A DNA stretch of 64,000 nt from positions 32,001 through 96,000 of the IMG/VR virus record IMGVR_UViG_3300045450_000145; one strand, given 5' to 3'. This stretch comes from a virus. The translations under genes were made by a program, and so were the position numbers. Below, in pieces: positions 9,188-18,960 of this stretch (positions are counted from its first letter, which is position 1; every line of letters begins with the position of its first letter). The notes below the pieces were generated by a model that worked only from the letters and a program-made list of their open reading frames with translations, made no database searches and was not told the DNA's origin.

Positions 9188-9795
9188 CTAATCTTCTCAC
9201 CTAGCGCCCATGTAACTAATGCTAGTCGTGTGCCTTTTATAACTGGCTCGACATTATGCGGAATATGAGAGTAAAATAAGATCATCTCACCCTTCTTGAG
9301 CTTAACTTTTATTAAGTCCTTCTCAGCCCCACTTGCATCCAATACTAGTTCACCACCTTCGTATTCGTCTGGCTCGCTCAACATTACGCTCATGGATAAC
9401 TTACGATATAATCCGCCAGGCGGATTAATGATAATGTCGGTGTGTCTCTTGTAATGACCATTTAATTTATACTTGGAATATTGGAAGCCATCAAATGAAG
9501 TCAAGTCCATCTGAAAGTGCATAAAATTTAAGTAAGCAACGACCTCATTCATTCTATCAAATATCCAGTGATTTTGTGGTTCAGGCATAATCCAAGTGAT
9601 ATCAGTATTTCGATATTCTTGGTCCTCACGTCCTTCATTACTGCCCATCTTTGCCTTTTTAAATTCTAGCAGCTCACCAACCTGCTTGATTTTGTCGCAT
9701 TCTTCTGGCTCAAATGCCTTCCACGCCACATATGGCACCATTGGTGGAATGTAGGTATCAATCTGTCTTGTCATATATGAATTATGGTTGGCCAA
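9184..9795 (-). CDS. 2OG-Fe(II) oxygenase (prolyl-4-hydroxylase/PKHD-like)
   Basis: FQYSKY...HYKRHTD (HxD), RKLSMSVML, YEGGEL, PHNVEPV.KGTRLALVTW (distal His and Arg); true start probably 9774. Confidence 0.92.
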   Translation of the reverse strand: MANHNSYMTRQIDTYIPPMVPYVAWKAFEPEECDKIKQVGELLEFKKAKMGSNEGREDQEYRNTDITWIMPEPQNHWIFDRMNEVVAYLNFMHFQMDLTSFDGFQYSKYKLNGHYKRHTDIIINPPGGLYRKLSMSVMLSEPDEYEGGELVLDASGAEKDLIKVKLKKGEMILFYSHIPHNVEPVIKGTRLALVTWALGEKIR

Positions 9796-10384
9796 CTGGC
9801 GTAATAGTTACATACCCTCCAGATGGCACGGTAATAGAAATTCCGCTCTGTTGATATTTAAGATTAGATAAGGTGCTTGGGACAATCGGTGCTGGATTGC
9901 CTGCAGGTCCACCAGGAAACACGACTCCTCCAATCCCCACCATAGCACCGTCTGTCCCTGGATAATATGGGTTGTAATACACTGGATTGTAGTAAGTGTT
10001 GCCGGGCACGTAGTATGAAACAAAGTAGTTTACATAGGAAGAACCAGGCGCACCAGGGTTTGCATAATATACGTATGGAGATGGGGTGCTATAAGATGGC
10101 CCCCAAGGGTGGTCGTTGTTACTATATGCATTACCGCCATTAGTAAAGTCATAATAGGTGGTGTAGGCATTACCACCCATCAAGGTTGGGTTGGAAGATT
10201 GATTGCCTCCACTGGCATAGTTGCCACCAGTGGGTGAATTACCAGAAGCGCCTCTCCCACCAATTAACACCGTGTGCGTTGCATATGGCACAGGATAAAC
10301 CCCGGGCGCATACATAGTTACAGTATTAGCGAGGGCTTGAGCTAAGTTAGACTTGCGTCTGCGAAGTTTTCGTGCTACGTACAT
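9782..10384 (-). CDS. Gly/Tyr/Asn/Pro-rich protein, probably a fibre-tip or fibre-associated subunit
   Basis: Low-complexity core (GGNAY twice; YYVPGNTYYNPVYYNPYYPG), directly downstream of the 807-aa fibre. Confidence 0.6.
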   Translation of the reverse strand: MYVARKLRRRKSNLAQALANTVTMYAPGVYPVPYATHTVLIGGRGASGNSPTGGNYASGGNQSSNPTLMGGNAYTTYYDFTNGGNAYSNNDHPWGPSYSTPSPYVYYANPGAPGSSYVNYFVSYYVPGNTYYNPVYYNPYYPGTDGAMVGIGGVVFPGGPAGNPAPIVPSTLSNLKYQQSGISITVPSGGYVTITPVGQP

Positions 10385-10392
10385 TGCAAACC

Positions 10393-12816
10393 TTATCTAG
10401 CATCTAATACTGATAGAGAGCCGTAAATTATGCCGTTATCCAACACAAATGTCCAGATATCAACGGCATTAGCAGCTGTGGTTCTATTAGGCGGTTGACC
10501 ACCGGCCCATTTAATGATTGAATCCCAGCTTAACGCTCTTCCGGCAGTTCCATCATTCGTGATCTTTGTGGTCCACGAATAAACTTTATCTGTTGATGCT
10601 GGCAAATTAGCAAATGTAATTTTTGTGTTTGACTGCAACGATACTCTAAAGTACGAAACATCTCCACCCTGGATGATATTGATTGTTGTATCAGTTGTAG
10701 TCGCAGATATATTTGCAACAGTTTCAGATGGCATTGTAGGAATAACAATTGCCCTAGAATAGCTAACTAATATTGTTGTTCCTTTGCCATCCCCTACAAA
10801 TACACCGATGTCGTTTGGTATTACATTAATATTTTTCGCATTTGGCAAGAGCAAGTTTGTGCCATGAACTATTGTTGGGCTACCGGTAAATTTTACAATT
10901 CTTAGTGCGCCTTCATTCAAGTCCAGTGTTGTAATTCCCATATCACCAGTTATCGTGACATAATTACCTGTCGCAGCCTGCAAGTTCATATTTTTAGCGG
11001 ATGCAATATCTGCCCCCTTCTTAAAGTCCAAGTAGGAAGTTAAGACGTTTGGCACTTGAGATGCAGTTAACTTTGAGTCTGATCCTAACGTTGCCAAGCC
11101 GCTAGGAGCGCCTATAATTGCACTAGATACTGCATCTGTAATTCCATAACCCGCAATAGTTGTTGGCTTGTTTGTAATTTCACTAAATGCAACTCTACGA
11201 CCAACATTCGAAGTGTAGATATATCCTAGGGCGGTGTTGTCAACAGAAACTAATAATCCTTCAGCGCCAGTTGACCAGCCAATCTTTACTGCATTAGTTC
11301 CTTGATTTGCGCCAGTTCCTTGCTCAACCGGGGTATAACCTAATCCATTTACAACATTTGTTTTTGTAATCTCGCTTCTAATAGTATTGGAGGATTTATT
11401 TTCAACATTTCCTAAATTTACATCCACGTTGGTTAGTGTAATGTCTCCTACTCTTCCAGCCACACTTGTTACTTCTGTAGGCCCACCTTCTAATCTATCC
11501 CATGTAGAACCATCAAAAATGACCATGTCGCCAATTTGCCAATAAGATTGACCATCTAAAGTGGTAGTTCCTTTTGTGCTGACTTTATAAAACTGCCCCT
11601 TAGTACCAGTGCCAGAGGTTAAAGTCGGCGTGTTAGTATTAGCATCCCAAAGTCCTTGATATTGTAAAGCCCCGACTAGTGATGATGGGATTTGGTTAGT
11701 ATTAAGCTTGCCATTGCCATCTAAAGTCGCAACTCCATTATTTGCGCCGAGAAGGCTGGTATTAACTGCATCCCTAATACCATATCCAGCCAAGTTAGTC
11801 GGCTTGTTGGTAATATCGGCGAACGCGGGTGGCGCCACATCTTTTAAACTAATTGCAGTAATGCGGCCCTTTGAATCTACAACTAAGGACGGAATCTTAT
11901 CCGCCGCACCATAGGTGCCTGCACTTACACCAGAATTTGCGAGGGTGACGCTAATATTGATGTCTTTAGACCCATCAATACTCACTGTGCCTAGTGCATC
12001 CTGACTCATTGTAAGTAATCTAGAAGTTGTCCATTTGTCTGCAGTCGCAGATGTTGATAAGTTAAATGGTCTATTTGTCCATGAAGAGCCATTCCAAACT
12101 AAACTATCATTTATTGCCTTAGAATTAATTGCAACGTTTTTTAATTCGTCAAAATTGGGCATATTATGGACGTGGTCAGCTCTTGCTGCGGTTGTTGCTA
12201 CACCTACCGCAGCAGTACCTAAATTGGCGCCTGTGTTATCGCCTAATTTTAGGTCGTCAGTAATACCATAACCAGATAAAGTTGTCGGCTTATTTGTAAT
12301 GCTAGCAAATGTAGGGGTGATTAAAATATTGCTCGCACTCATGACTCTACCAAATGCATCGACGGTAAATGCACCTGTTTGCGTAGAGGAACCAAAAGTA
12401 CCTGGAGTAACGCCAGTGTTAACTAACCCAATTGTTGGGTTGCCTAATACCCCGTTTGCATTAGATATTGAGATGCCACCCGCATTTATAATTGCGCGTG
12501 TAGCAACTATGCCATCGCCTGTGCGAGCTAATAAGCCAGTGGATGTTAATTCAGCCAACGCGGTTAAATCAATATCTAGTTTTTGACCATCGGTAATTCC
12601 ATAACCACTTAGGGTATTAGGCTTGTTAGAAATGACATCCCACGCAACTGCCTTGAAATCAATCCAATCCAAATTACTGAAGAAGTAGAATGCATTTAAG
12701 TCAGTTCTAAAAAATAATTCTCCTGGAGACGGATCATCTGGGAATTTGTCGCCGCTCGCAACCGTAGCGTTAAGGATCGAACTGCCTTCTGTGATTTTTG
12801 GACCGTCAATTAACAT
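10393..12816 (-). CDS. tail fibre protein
   Basis: Four copies of the (F/W)..I.NKP(T/N).L.GYGI.D fibre repeat, GVATL..GKL...Q.P motifs, C-terminal W.GG.PP.RT......DIWTF domain. Confidence 0.85.
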   Translation of the reverse strand: MLIDGPKITEGSSILNATVASGDKFPDDPSPGELFFRTDLNAFYFFSNLDWIDFKAVAWDVISNKPNTLSGYGITDGQKLDIDLTALAELTSTGLLARTGDGIVATRAIINAGGISISNANGVLGNPTIGLVNTGVTPGTFGSSTQTGAFTVDAFGRVMSASNILITPTFASITNKPTTLSGYGITDDLKLGDNTGANLGTAAVGVATTAARADHVHNMPNFDELKNVAINSKAINDSLVWNGSSWTNRPFNLSTSATADKWTTSRLLTMSQDALGTVSIDGSKDINISVTLANSGVSAGTYGAADKIPSLVVDSKGRITAISLKDVAPPAFADITNKPTNLAGYGIRDAVNTSLLGANNGVATLDGNGKLNTNQIPSSLVGALQYQGLWDANTNTPTLTSGTGTKGQFYKVSTKGTTTLDGQSYWQIGDMVIFDGSTWDRLEGGPTEVTSVAGRVGDITLTNVDVNLGNVENKSSNTIRSEITKTNVVNGLGYTPVEQGTGANQGTNAVKIGWSTGAEGLLVSVDNTALGYIYTSNVGRRVAFSEITNKPTTIAGYGITDAVSSAIIGAPSGLATLGSDSKLTASQVPNVLTSYLDFKKGADIASAKNMNLQAATGNYVTITGDMGITTLDLNEGALRIVKFTGSPTIVHGTNLLLPNAKNINVIPNDIGVFVGDGKGTTILVSYSRAIVIPTMPSETVANISATTTDTTINIIQGGDVSYFRVSLQSNTKITFANLPASTDKVYSWTTKITNDGTAGRALSWDSIIKWAGGQPPNRTTAANAVDIWTFVLDNGIIYGSLSVLDAR

Positions 12817-12842
12817 AGGACCTCATTTATAATAGAACAGAA

Positions 12843-12850
12843 TATTTATA
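12843..12850 (-). promoter_or_regulatory. T4-type late promoter TATAAATA
   Basis: + strand TATTTATA, 26 nt upstream of the 807-aa fibre gene. Confidence 0.75.
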
Positions 12851-12866
12851 AGCATGCCAACTATAG

Positions 12867-12880
12867 TATAATGTAAATAG
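12867..12880 (+). promoter_or_regulatory. TATAAT overlapping a late-promoter variant ATGTAAATAG
   Basis: TATAATGTAAATAG upstream of SD GAGGA and the ATG at 12897; the same 10-mer is on the - strand at 35005-35014. Confidence 0.5.
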
Positions 12881-12896
12881 TGCTGAGGAAATACTT

Positions 12897-13796
12897 ATGA
12901 AACTACAAGACCTATTTGAAGCAAAAAGCAGCGGTAAATCGACCGCCCACCTTGGCACTGTAAAGGCAAATAAAGATGACATTTTAAAAGCCTTACAGTT
13001 CGTGTCTCAAGTCACAAACTTAAGCGTAGAAGACTTGAAAGACAGCTTACTTGGCTCTACTAAAAAGACACTTGCTGGGAAGCAAGAAGAGTCAGGCGAC
13101 ATTGACATTGCGATTCAAGATCAGGGAGAGGAGTATCGCAATAAGATCGTTAAGCTAATGCTCAAGCAAACTAATACAAATGAGATTCACCGGGCCGGCG
13201 ATGGCGTCTTTTCTTTTGCCGTGCCAGTCAATGATAAGAAGGTGCAAGTTGATTTAATGTTTGTCAAGTCAAAGGACTGGGCTAAGTGGTCATACCATTC
13301 AGACGTTAATTCAAAATACAAGGCTGCGGTTCGTTCCTTGCTATTTGTTAATGTAATGAAGCAAATCTTCGAGAAAGATAAAGATTTGGAGGTGAAGGAC
13401 GAGGGTGGTGATACTATTATTAGAGTCAGACGTTCTTTTAAGGCTGACGTTGGTCTAGAGCGTTTATTCAAAGTAAAGCCAATGAGGAAAGACGGTAAAG
13501 GCCGTACTAAAACTCTGGCCAAATCCACTGCAAAGGAAGTTCAAAAGGAACTTGATAAAATGGGGCTATCTCATAAGTTTGACCCAAACCCAGACAATAT
13601 TACTGACCCAGAAAAAGCGGCGCGGCTTATGTTTGGCAAGAGCGTAAAGGCTGAAGATGTAAAGTCAGTCGAGCAGGTTATTAGCTTAATTAAGAAACGT
13701 AAAGACGCCGATATTATTTTTAAGAATACCGCTGACGACCTAAAAGATGCGAAGTTTGAAATCCCTCCCGAGATAAAATCACATCTTTCCCAATAA
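12897..13796 (+). CDS. Pol-beta-superfamily nucleotidyltransferase-like protein
   Basis: LGS...SGDIDIAI (GS...DxD) and third acidic residue in VQVDLMF; N-terminus MKLQDLFEA. Confidence 0.7.
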   Translation: MKLQDLFEAKSSGKSTAHLGTVKANKDDILKALQFVSQVTNLSVEDLKDSLLGSTKKTLAGKQEESGDIDIAIQDQGEEYRNKIVKLMLKQTNTNEIHRAGDGVFSFAVPVNDKKVQVDLMFVKSKDWAKWSYHSDVNSKYKAAVRSLLFVNVMKQIFEKDKDLEVKDEGGDTIIRVRRSFKADVGLERLFKVKPMRKDGKGRTKTLAKSTAKEVQKELDKMGLSHKFDPNPDNITDPEKAARLMFGKSVKAEDVKSVEQVISLIKKRKDADIIFKNTADDLKDAKFEIPPEIKSHLSQ

Positions 13797-14276
13797 TTGC
13801 AGCTGTGCAATTTGCATCTCAAAAATTTCCATTTTGCGATTCCAATATTCGTAAAAAGCTTCTCTATTATCGGTCGTAATGAATGAAGTTTCAAAATCCA
13901 CAATTTGCAGTTCGCCATCATCACCAACAACAATATTGGTAATTTCTGGGCAATTCAACATAATGAAGCCATACCCGAATGTATTAAATGAATCACACGC
14001 ATTCCTGTATTTCTTCATAAAACAATCTAGTTGAGCATGCAGTTCTGGTGTGTAACTTCGAATATTATAGATAGTTTTACCGGGAATGACTTTGCGCTTT
14101 ATCTTTAAATTAAGCGCACCTTCTTCAAGTTGAAGGTATTTGTACTTAATGCAGCCATGTCTTTCCAACATCATAATTAGCATTTTAAGCTTAACCATGG
14201 TTTGAGTAAAAGGTTGCACCCTAACAATCAAGTTAGACGGTTCCTCCGGAGGTGTTAAAATTGTCGAGTCTTTCAT
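13779..14276 (-). CDS. small protein with partial kinase-like fold
   Basis: NIVVGDDGELQIVDFE resembles the catalytic-loop Asn plus DFG of kinase/APH folds; no clear catalytic Asp. Confidence 0.35.
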   Translation of the reverse strand: MKDSTILTPPEEPSNLIVRVQPFTQTMVKLKMLIMMLERHGCIKYKYLQLEEGALNLKIKRKVIPGKTIYNIRSYTPELHAQLDCFMKKYRNACDSFNTFGYGFIMLNCPEITNIVVGDDGELQIVDFETSFITTDNREAFYEYWNRKMEIFEMQIAQLQLLGKM

Positions 14277-14328
14277 AAATAATTTTGGTTATAGTAATCA
14301 TTATCATTTTATCATACCAAACAATGTT

Positions 14329-14354
14329 AAAAGCCCTGATTAATCAGGGCTTTT
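14329..14354. terminator. intrinsic terminator (perfect 26-bp palindrome)
   Basis: AAAAGCCCTGATT-AATCAGGGCTTTT just after the stop of 14358..14810 on the - strand. Confidence 0.8.
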
Positions 14355-14357
14355 ATT

Positions 14358-14810
14358 TTATTCCCAGGTTAATGCTGGTAATTCTTTCTCAATTTCCTTA
14401 AAGTTTGTAGGAGTTGGTCGTTTGCCACTTTCGGCTTCCTCCATAATGGTATATAATTGGGCCCAAGTTTCATCTCTTAAATCAACTGCACGTTGACCTT
14501 CCTTTGCAAACCTTTCAATTTTAGAGGTTGCATAAGTAGTCGCAGATAAAATGGAGTCGTAATTTTTAGTTTTGGCAAAGTTATCTAAACGCTCTTGAAC
14601 TTTAGCAACTACCTGAGCTTTAAAATCTACCATCGGTAAGTCGGACTTTGTAATAAAGTAATTTGGAGTTAAGCTTGTTGCAATAAATGCTCTTACTTCG
14701 TCTTCGCTATTAAACTTTTCTTGGGTTAGTGGATTAAAATTGCTTAAGCCGGCAATTGCCGTGTCAGTTTCAATCGTGCTTGATAAATCTTCCTTGATCG
14801 TTATTTTCAT
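14358..14810 (-). CDS. tail-fibre-locus accessory protein
   Basis: RLDNFAKTKNYDSILSATTYATS.....EG......RD..WA is a recurrent motif in proteobacterial phage fibre loci (recognised from memory). Confidence 0.6.
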   Translation of the reverse strand: MKITIKEDLSSTIETDTAIAGLSNFNPLTQEKFNSEDEVRAFIATSLTPNYFITKSDLPMVDFKAQVVAKVQERLDNFAKTKNYDSILSATTYATSKIERFAKEGQRAVDLRDETWAQLYTIMEEAESGKRPTPTNFKEIEKELPALTWE

Positions 14811-15112
14811 CTTTCTACTCCTAAAATATAAGCACTTCCACCATTACAGTAGGCAGTTAAAACCGTTCCAGCTACAAACTCAAAGTTTTCAGCCACCCCA
14901 TAATATCCACCTGACGCAGTCACCCATGGTGTTTGAATGCCATTTACATAGATGGCAGAGCCGGTCGTGCAGAAAAGCTTCCCAACAAACACTTTACCAG
15001 ACGGCACTGTGTAAAGAGAAAATTGGCCGGGACTACTAGAATTTGCGCCAACTGTCATTGCAATCTGTTTAGATATGGCTTCAGTTTGCGCGTAATTTTT
15101 AAATTCTAACAT
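14807..15112 (-). CDS. hypothetical virion/fibre-locus protein
   Basis: LYTVPSGKVF motif; position in late operon. Confidence 0.55.
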   Translation of the reverse strand: MLEFKNYAQTEAISKQIAMTVGANSSSPGQFSLYTVPSGKVFVGKLFCTTGSAIYVNGIQTPWVTASGGYYGVAENFEFVAGTVLTAYCNGGSAYILGVER

Positions 15113-15123
15113 TTTGTTTTTCC

Positions 15124-16473
15124 TTAAGTGGTCTTAATGCCAGTTACTCTAATACCTACTGTGCCAAAATCGTTCTTAGCCACACTTGCATTGGCGTCCT
15201 TGACGGTAATAGTTCCATCGAATGCAGGTAAAGTAGTTTTATTTAGTTGAGTAAAGTTTTTAGTTTCAATATCATAAATGCCAATCTGGCTTGTTATCTG
15301 GTCCTGTGATTTAGTTCCCAAGAAAACATACCTGTCTCCTTGAGCATTTTTTACAAATGGGGTATGAAAAATAAAACCATTATACCCGTAAGCATATTGA
15401 GAAATGTCATAACCATCGCTCTTCATGTATTGCTCAGTTGAATAAACTCTAAGCGTTTCAGAGATGGTAGTACCTAAATTAATTAGCTTTGGGGTAAACG
15501 CCGTAGTTGGGCCCGCAAGCAAGGCATAATACATACCACTAGAGTCTTTTAACGCGGCGATAAAGCTGGCGTCATATTTGTTTGTGTTATTATCTAGATT
15601 ACCTGGTGCAGCAAAGCTACCAATAAGTTTTTGGGTCTTGAAGTTAATCACGTAAACTAATGAGTTTACGGGAGTGTACACGAATACAAAATCTTCAATA
15701 GCTGAAACTGAAGCGCCCAAAATAGAATTATAGGGAGAAGGCGTAAATTCAAAAACTGTGCTGGTGCCAGTTGTTGTATCGTAGGAAGTAACTGCTATGC
15801 TGTTGTCAACGTAACTAAGCTTTAAACTTGATGTTGCGACGTGAATATATCTTTTTCCATCCCAGCAGAATTTTTGAGTTAATGGCCCATCATCATGGGC
15901 GGCAAGCTGAAGTGCCGTAGATTGAGTGCCATTAACCCCACCTTCTCTTCTGTACAACTTATTTTTTATGCCTTTCGCTGACTCAATTTGGCCTTGTTGA
16001 GAAGCGTTCGGCTGCAAAGCTGCGTAATAATAGTTATTATTTTTATCAACGCAGTTAAAATTAGGTGTAACCGTTGGTAAAGGACCAGTCACACTTTCAA
16101 ACAAAAAGCTATTACTTGACTTAACTACATCGTCAAAAACAGTATCTAGAGTTACTGTAGTTGCGACCAGGTTTGTAGCATTATATGTGTAGTAAGTATA
16201 TTGGTTAAAAATTGCTGCCGCTTTAGTATAAAGCTTTACGTCTGAGCTTTTCCCTACTAATTCCGTGCCTGTTAGTTTTGCGCTCGATCTAACCTTTACA
16301 AGCTCAGTTACCCCGTCTGTTAAAATTAAAGTTCTTTCCTTTTGCACAGAAAAGCTCACGTCCTTAATTACAGCTGTTTCGGATGAGGAATTAGATAAAA
16401 CTGTTATGCCTGCCTTTAGCGCGTCGTATGTCAAGTCGCTTCTATTAATGAAGGTGGTAATGGTATCTGCCAT
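15124..16473 (-). CDS. putative virion protein, beta-rich (possible propeller)
   Basis: 449 aa, Thr/Tyr/Ser rich, TAVIKDV N-terminal motif, inside fibre operon. Confidence 0.55.
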   Translation of the reverse strand: MADTITTFINRSDLTYDALKAGITVLSNSSSETAVIKDVSFSVQKERTLILTDGVTELVKVRSSAKLTGTELVGKSSDVKLYTKAAAIFNQYTYYTYNATNLVATTVTLDTVFDDVVKSSNSFLFESVTGPLPTVTPNFNCVDKNNNYYYAALQPNASQQGQIESAKGIKNKLYRREGGVNGTQSTALQLAAHDDGPLTQKFCWDGKRYIHVATSSLKLSYVDNSIAVTSYDTTTGTSTVFEFTPSPYNSILGASVSAIEDFVFVYTPVNSLVYVINFKTQKLIGSFAAPGNLDNNTNKYDASFIAALKDSSGMYYALLAGPTTAFTPKLINLGTTISETLRVYSTEQYMKSDGYDISQYAYGYNGFIFHTPFVKNAQGDRYVFLGTKSQDQITSQIGIYDIETKNFTQLNKTTLPAFDGTITVKDANASVAKNDFGTVGIRVTGIKTT

Positions 16474-16481
16474 GGTTATCC

Positions 16482-16952
16482 TTAGTTGTACTTTAGGTGA
16501 GTTGCGTAATCTGACGAAATGGCAGAAGAAGCATCTAAGCCTGTCATCTGCAAGACGGAAGTTTTATTTCTAAAGTACAGTTTGCCGTCGGTTGTATTTA
16601 TAATTATTTCGCCCTCTTCCATCTCATTAAATGAAGGAACTTTATCCTTTATATCTGTTCTTTTTAGCTTGAGCTTGGTTGAATTTGCATCAACAATGCC
16701 ATTAACGGTTAGGTCGCCATTAATAACACCACCAGTTAATTTTAAATAAAGCCCATCTCCACCCTGATCTAAGCTAATAACTTGCCACCCTTGCGTCACT
16801 TGATCACCTAAAGCGGCATTACCATCTTGTCTAAAGGCGTAGATGTATAAGCCTCTGGCACCTTCAGTTAGATAAAATAGTGAACCGATATTTGCAAATA
16901 TTGGTAATACAGTGCCGGTATCAATTGAACTTGTAGTATTAGTTTTAAACAT
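16482..16952 (-). CDS. fibre-associated protein sharing an N-terminal module with 17459..18877
   Basis: GLYIYAFRQDGNAALGDQVTQGW vs GLYVFGFIQDSNANALGDQVRQGW; GEIIINTTDGKLYF motif. Confidence 0.65.
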   Translation of the reverse strand: MFKTNTTSSIDTGTVLPIFANIGSLFYLTEGARGLYIYAFRQDGNAALGDQVTQGWQVISLDQGGDGLYLKLTGGVINGDLTVNGIVDANSTKLKLKRTDIKDKVPSFNEMEEGEIIINTTDGKLYFRNKTSVLQMTGLDASSAISSDYATHLKYN

Positions 16953-17191
16953 TATTCAAGCTCCGGAAATTGTAATGCCTGTAGTTCTTCAAGAGTTTTT
17001 ACATCATTAATTTTCAATGGCAAATCTCTTAAAGTTTGCTTCTGAGCAATAATATTATCTTTCTTCTTGCGATCAGTGCCCTCAAGAGCGCGCATAAACT
17101 CAACATCAAGTTGAGCCAATTTAGCATCTCGTTGAGTCCTAATACTGTTTGCAAAAATTGCCTTGGCTTTATCTAGGTTAATTTTAATCAT
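16952..17191 (-). CDS. tail fibre assembly-like small protein
   Basis: IRTQRDAKLAQLDVEFMRALE...KQTLRDLP. Confidence 0.65.
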   Translation of the reverse strand: MIKINLDKAKAIFANSIRTQRDAKLAQLDVEFMRALEGTDRKKKDNIIAQKQTLRDLPLKINDVKTLEELQALQFPELE

Positions 17192-17193
17192 AA

Positions 17194-17448
17194 TTAGAAT
17201 TCTTTATTTGCACGTTCGCCGGAACTTATACCATCAGATTTACTAAAGTCTACCTCCCATGCACCCAAATATTTTAAATCTTTAGGTATATCTTCTCTTT
17301 TTACGAACTTGTACTCTGCTCCCTTAGGTACATCCTGATTTGCTACTTGCAAAAGGTTTAAACCACTATTAGGATTTGGATTGCATAATACTAATCCAAT
17401 ATCATCTTTATAAAATATGACGTAATCTTTAATGTCTAGTTGTGCCAT
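17194..17448 (-). CDS. tail fibre assembly-like small protein
   Basis: QDVPKG..Y..V...D.P.D..Y..AW motif typical of fibre-associated genes. Confidence 0.6.
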   Translation of the reverse strand: MAQLDIKDYVIFYKDDIGLVLCNPNPNSGLNLLQVANQDVPKGAEYKFVKREDIPKDLKYLGAWEVDFSKSDGISSGERANKEF

Positions 17449-17458
17449 ATTTTTATCC

Positions 17459-18877
17459 TTAATTTGAAATAATAGCGATAGATAATGTAGAAATATTTAC
17501 CGCACCGATTACGCCACTTCTTGACTGCGTTAAGTAATATGATTGAAATGACACGCTATTTTGCGATTTTCCTGATGATATAATCGGAGCGTCTGAAACG
17601 AGCGCATAATTTGAAGTAGGAATAGCAACAACAAAATTGACAGTAATTGTTAATCTATCTGTTTCTTCACCAGCCCCGCTATTAGTAGCTCTTGAAGAAA
17701 CAGACGAAATATTATTACCTTCTAAATAGTTACCATCAACAATAGAAACCCAAGCTTTAACTTTTCCAAACGAATTTGCTACATTACCCGCATTATCGGC
17801 ATAATCAGCGGCTTGCGCTCTACTTGCATTGCCCGCACTATCTGCAAATCCAGCAGTAGAAGCCCTATTGGAGTTAGTTGCGTAGTTTGCATTACCCGCA
17901 TTATCGGCATAATTAGATGCTAAGGACCTATTTGAGGTGTCTGAAGTGTTAGCGTAATTAACGCTCAGTTGGGATGGGGAATAAACATACATGTTAGTCC
18001 CGTCGACACCGCCCCATAGCCAGTTTGGATTAGTTTTCGCATCCCAAGTAAAAATTAAATTTCTATCATTTGGATTACCAGCATTTCTAATACCACGGGC
18101 AGAAATAGCGTTGGCTGCATTTGCTGCATTTTGCGCAGTAGCAGCATCGCCGTTAATGTCGATTGGCCATATATTGTTAAATGGATTAGTGTCAACAGAA
18201 ACTAACAATCTATTAGAACCATTCCAGCCAATATTGACTTTGTTATTTTGTTGGCCAGGGCCCCCACCCTGCTGGACAGGTGTAAATGGCAGCCTACTTA
18301 AATTGATTGTGCCAGCATTAATATTGCTAGCATTTGTGAAGTAAGCTGCATCTAATCCATCAAGCAAATCAGCATCTAAGCCACTGCCTTGCCCGTCATT
18401 TAAGCTGGTCCAAACTTTACCATTGCCAATGCCAGTATTCAAGGTTAGATTGCCACCGACGTCGAGGGTCATCCGGCTCTCATTGCCTGTGATAAAATTA
18501 ATTGGGCCGCCTTCACCACTGAGGGTAATACCACCAGCAGTTGGTGTATTAGCGCTAATGCTACCGCCTCCATCGCCCTTCATATTCACGACCCGTAATC
18601 CGCGAATAGGACCAGGTGATTGGACTGTGATATCACCAGTGACTACGCCGCCAGCTTCCTTATTGATAAACTGCTCAGATGGGGTTGTTGCGACCCAGCC
18701 CTGCCTAACTTGATCACCTAATGCATTTGCATTACTATCTTGGATGAAGCCAAAAACATACAGCCCTGAACCGGGATTAGATGTCTTATAAAATAGCGCG
18801 CCGTCATAAGCGGTTGATGGATCAGGTAGCTCAGCACCGTAATTTATGAGGGCATTCCCGGAGAGATTTTTGTGCAT
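17459..18877 (-). CDS. tail fibre protein
   Basis: DGQGSGLDADLLDGLDA motif, A..A..A heptad-like NYADNAGNA repeats, VKAWV C-terminal domain. Confidence 0.85.
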   Translation of the reverse strand: MHKNLSGNALINYGAELPDPSTAYDGALFYKTSNPGSGLYVFGFIQDSNANALGDQVRQGWVATTPSEQFINKEAGGVVTGDITVQSPGPIRGLRVVNMKGDGGGSISANTPTAGGITLSGEGGPINFITGNESRMTLDVGGNLTLNTGIGNGKVWTSLNDGQGSGLDADLLDGLDAAYFTNASNINAGTINLSRLPFTPVQQGGGPGQQNNKVNIGWNGSNRLLVSVDTNPFNNIWPIDINGDAATAQNAANAANAISARGIRNAGNPNDRNLIFTWDAKTNPNWLWGGVDGTNMYVYSPSQLSVNYANTSDTSNRSLASNYADNAGNANYATNSNRASTAGFADSAGNASRAQAADYADNAGNVANSFGKVKAWVSIVDGNYLEGNNISSVSSRATNSGAGEETDRLTITVNFVVAIPTSNYALVSDAPIISSGKSQNSVSFQSYYLTQSRSGVIGAVNISTLSIAIISN

Positions 18878-18901
18878 GATTCAACTCGAATTTATAGACC
18901 T

Positions 18902-18909
18902 TATTTATA
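18902..18909 (-). promoter_or_regulatory. T4-type late promoter TATAAATA
   Basis: + strand TATTTATA, 24 nt upstream of the fibre gene start at 18877. Confidence 0.75.
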
Positions 18910-18960
18910 TCCTTTCACGTCACCCGAAAGTATTACAATTTAACATTCTGAAGGACTTAC

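Noticed and set aside
17782-17913. 24-bp direct repeat CATTACCCGCATTATCGGCATAAT (17782 and 17890)
   Set aside because: Only two copies, in frame, encoding YADNAGN fibre repeats; not a CRISPR array
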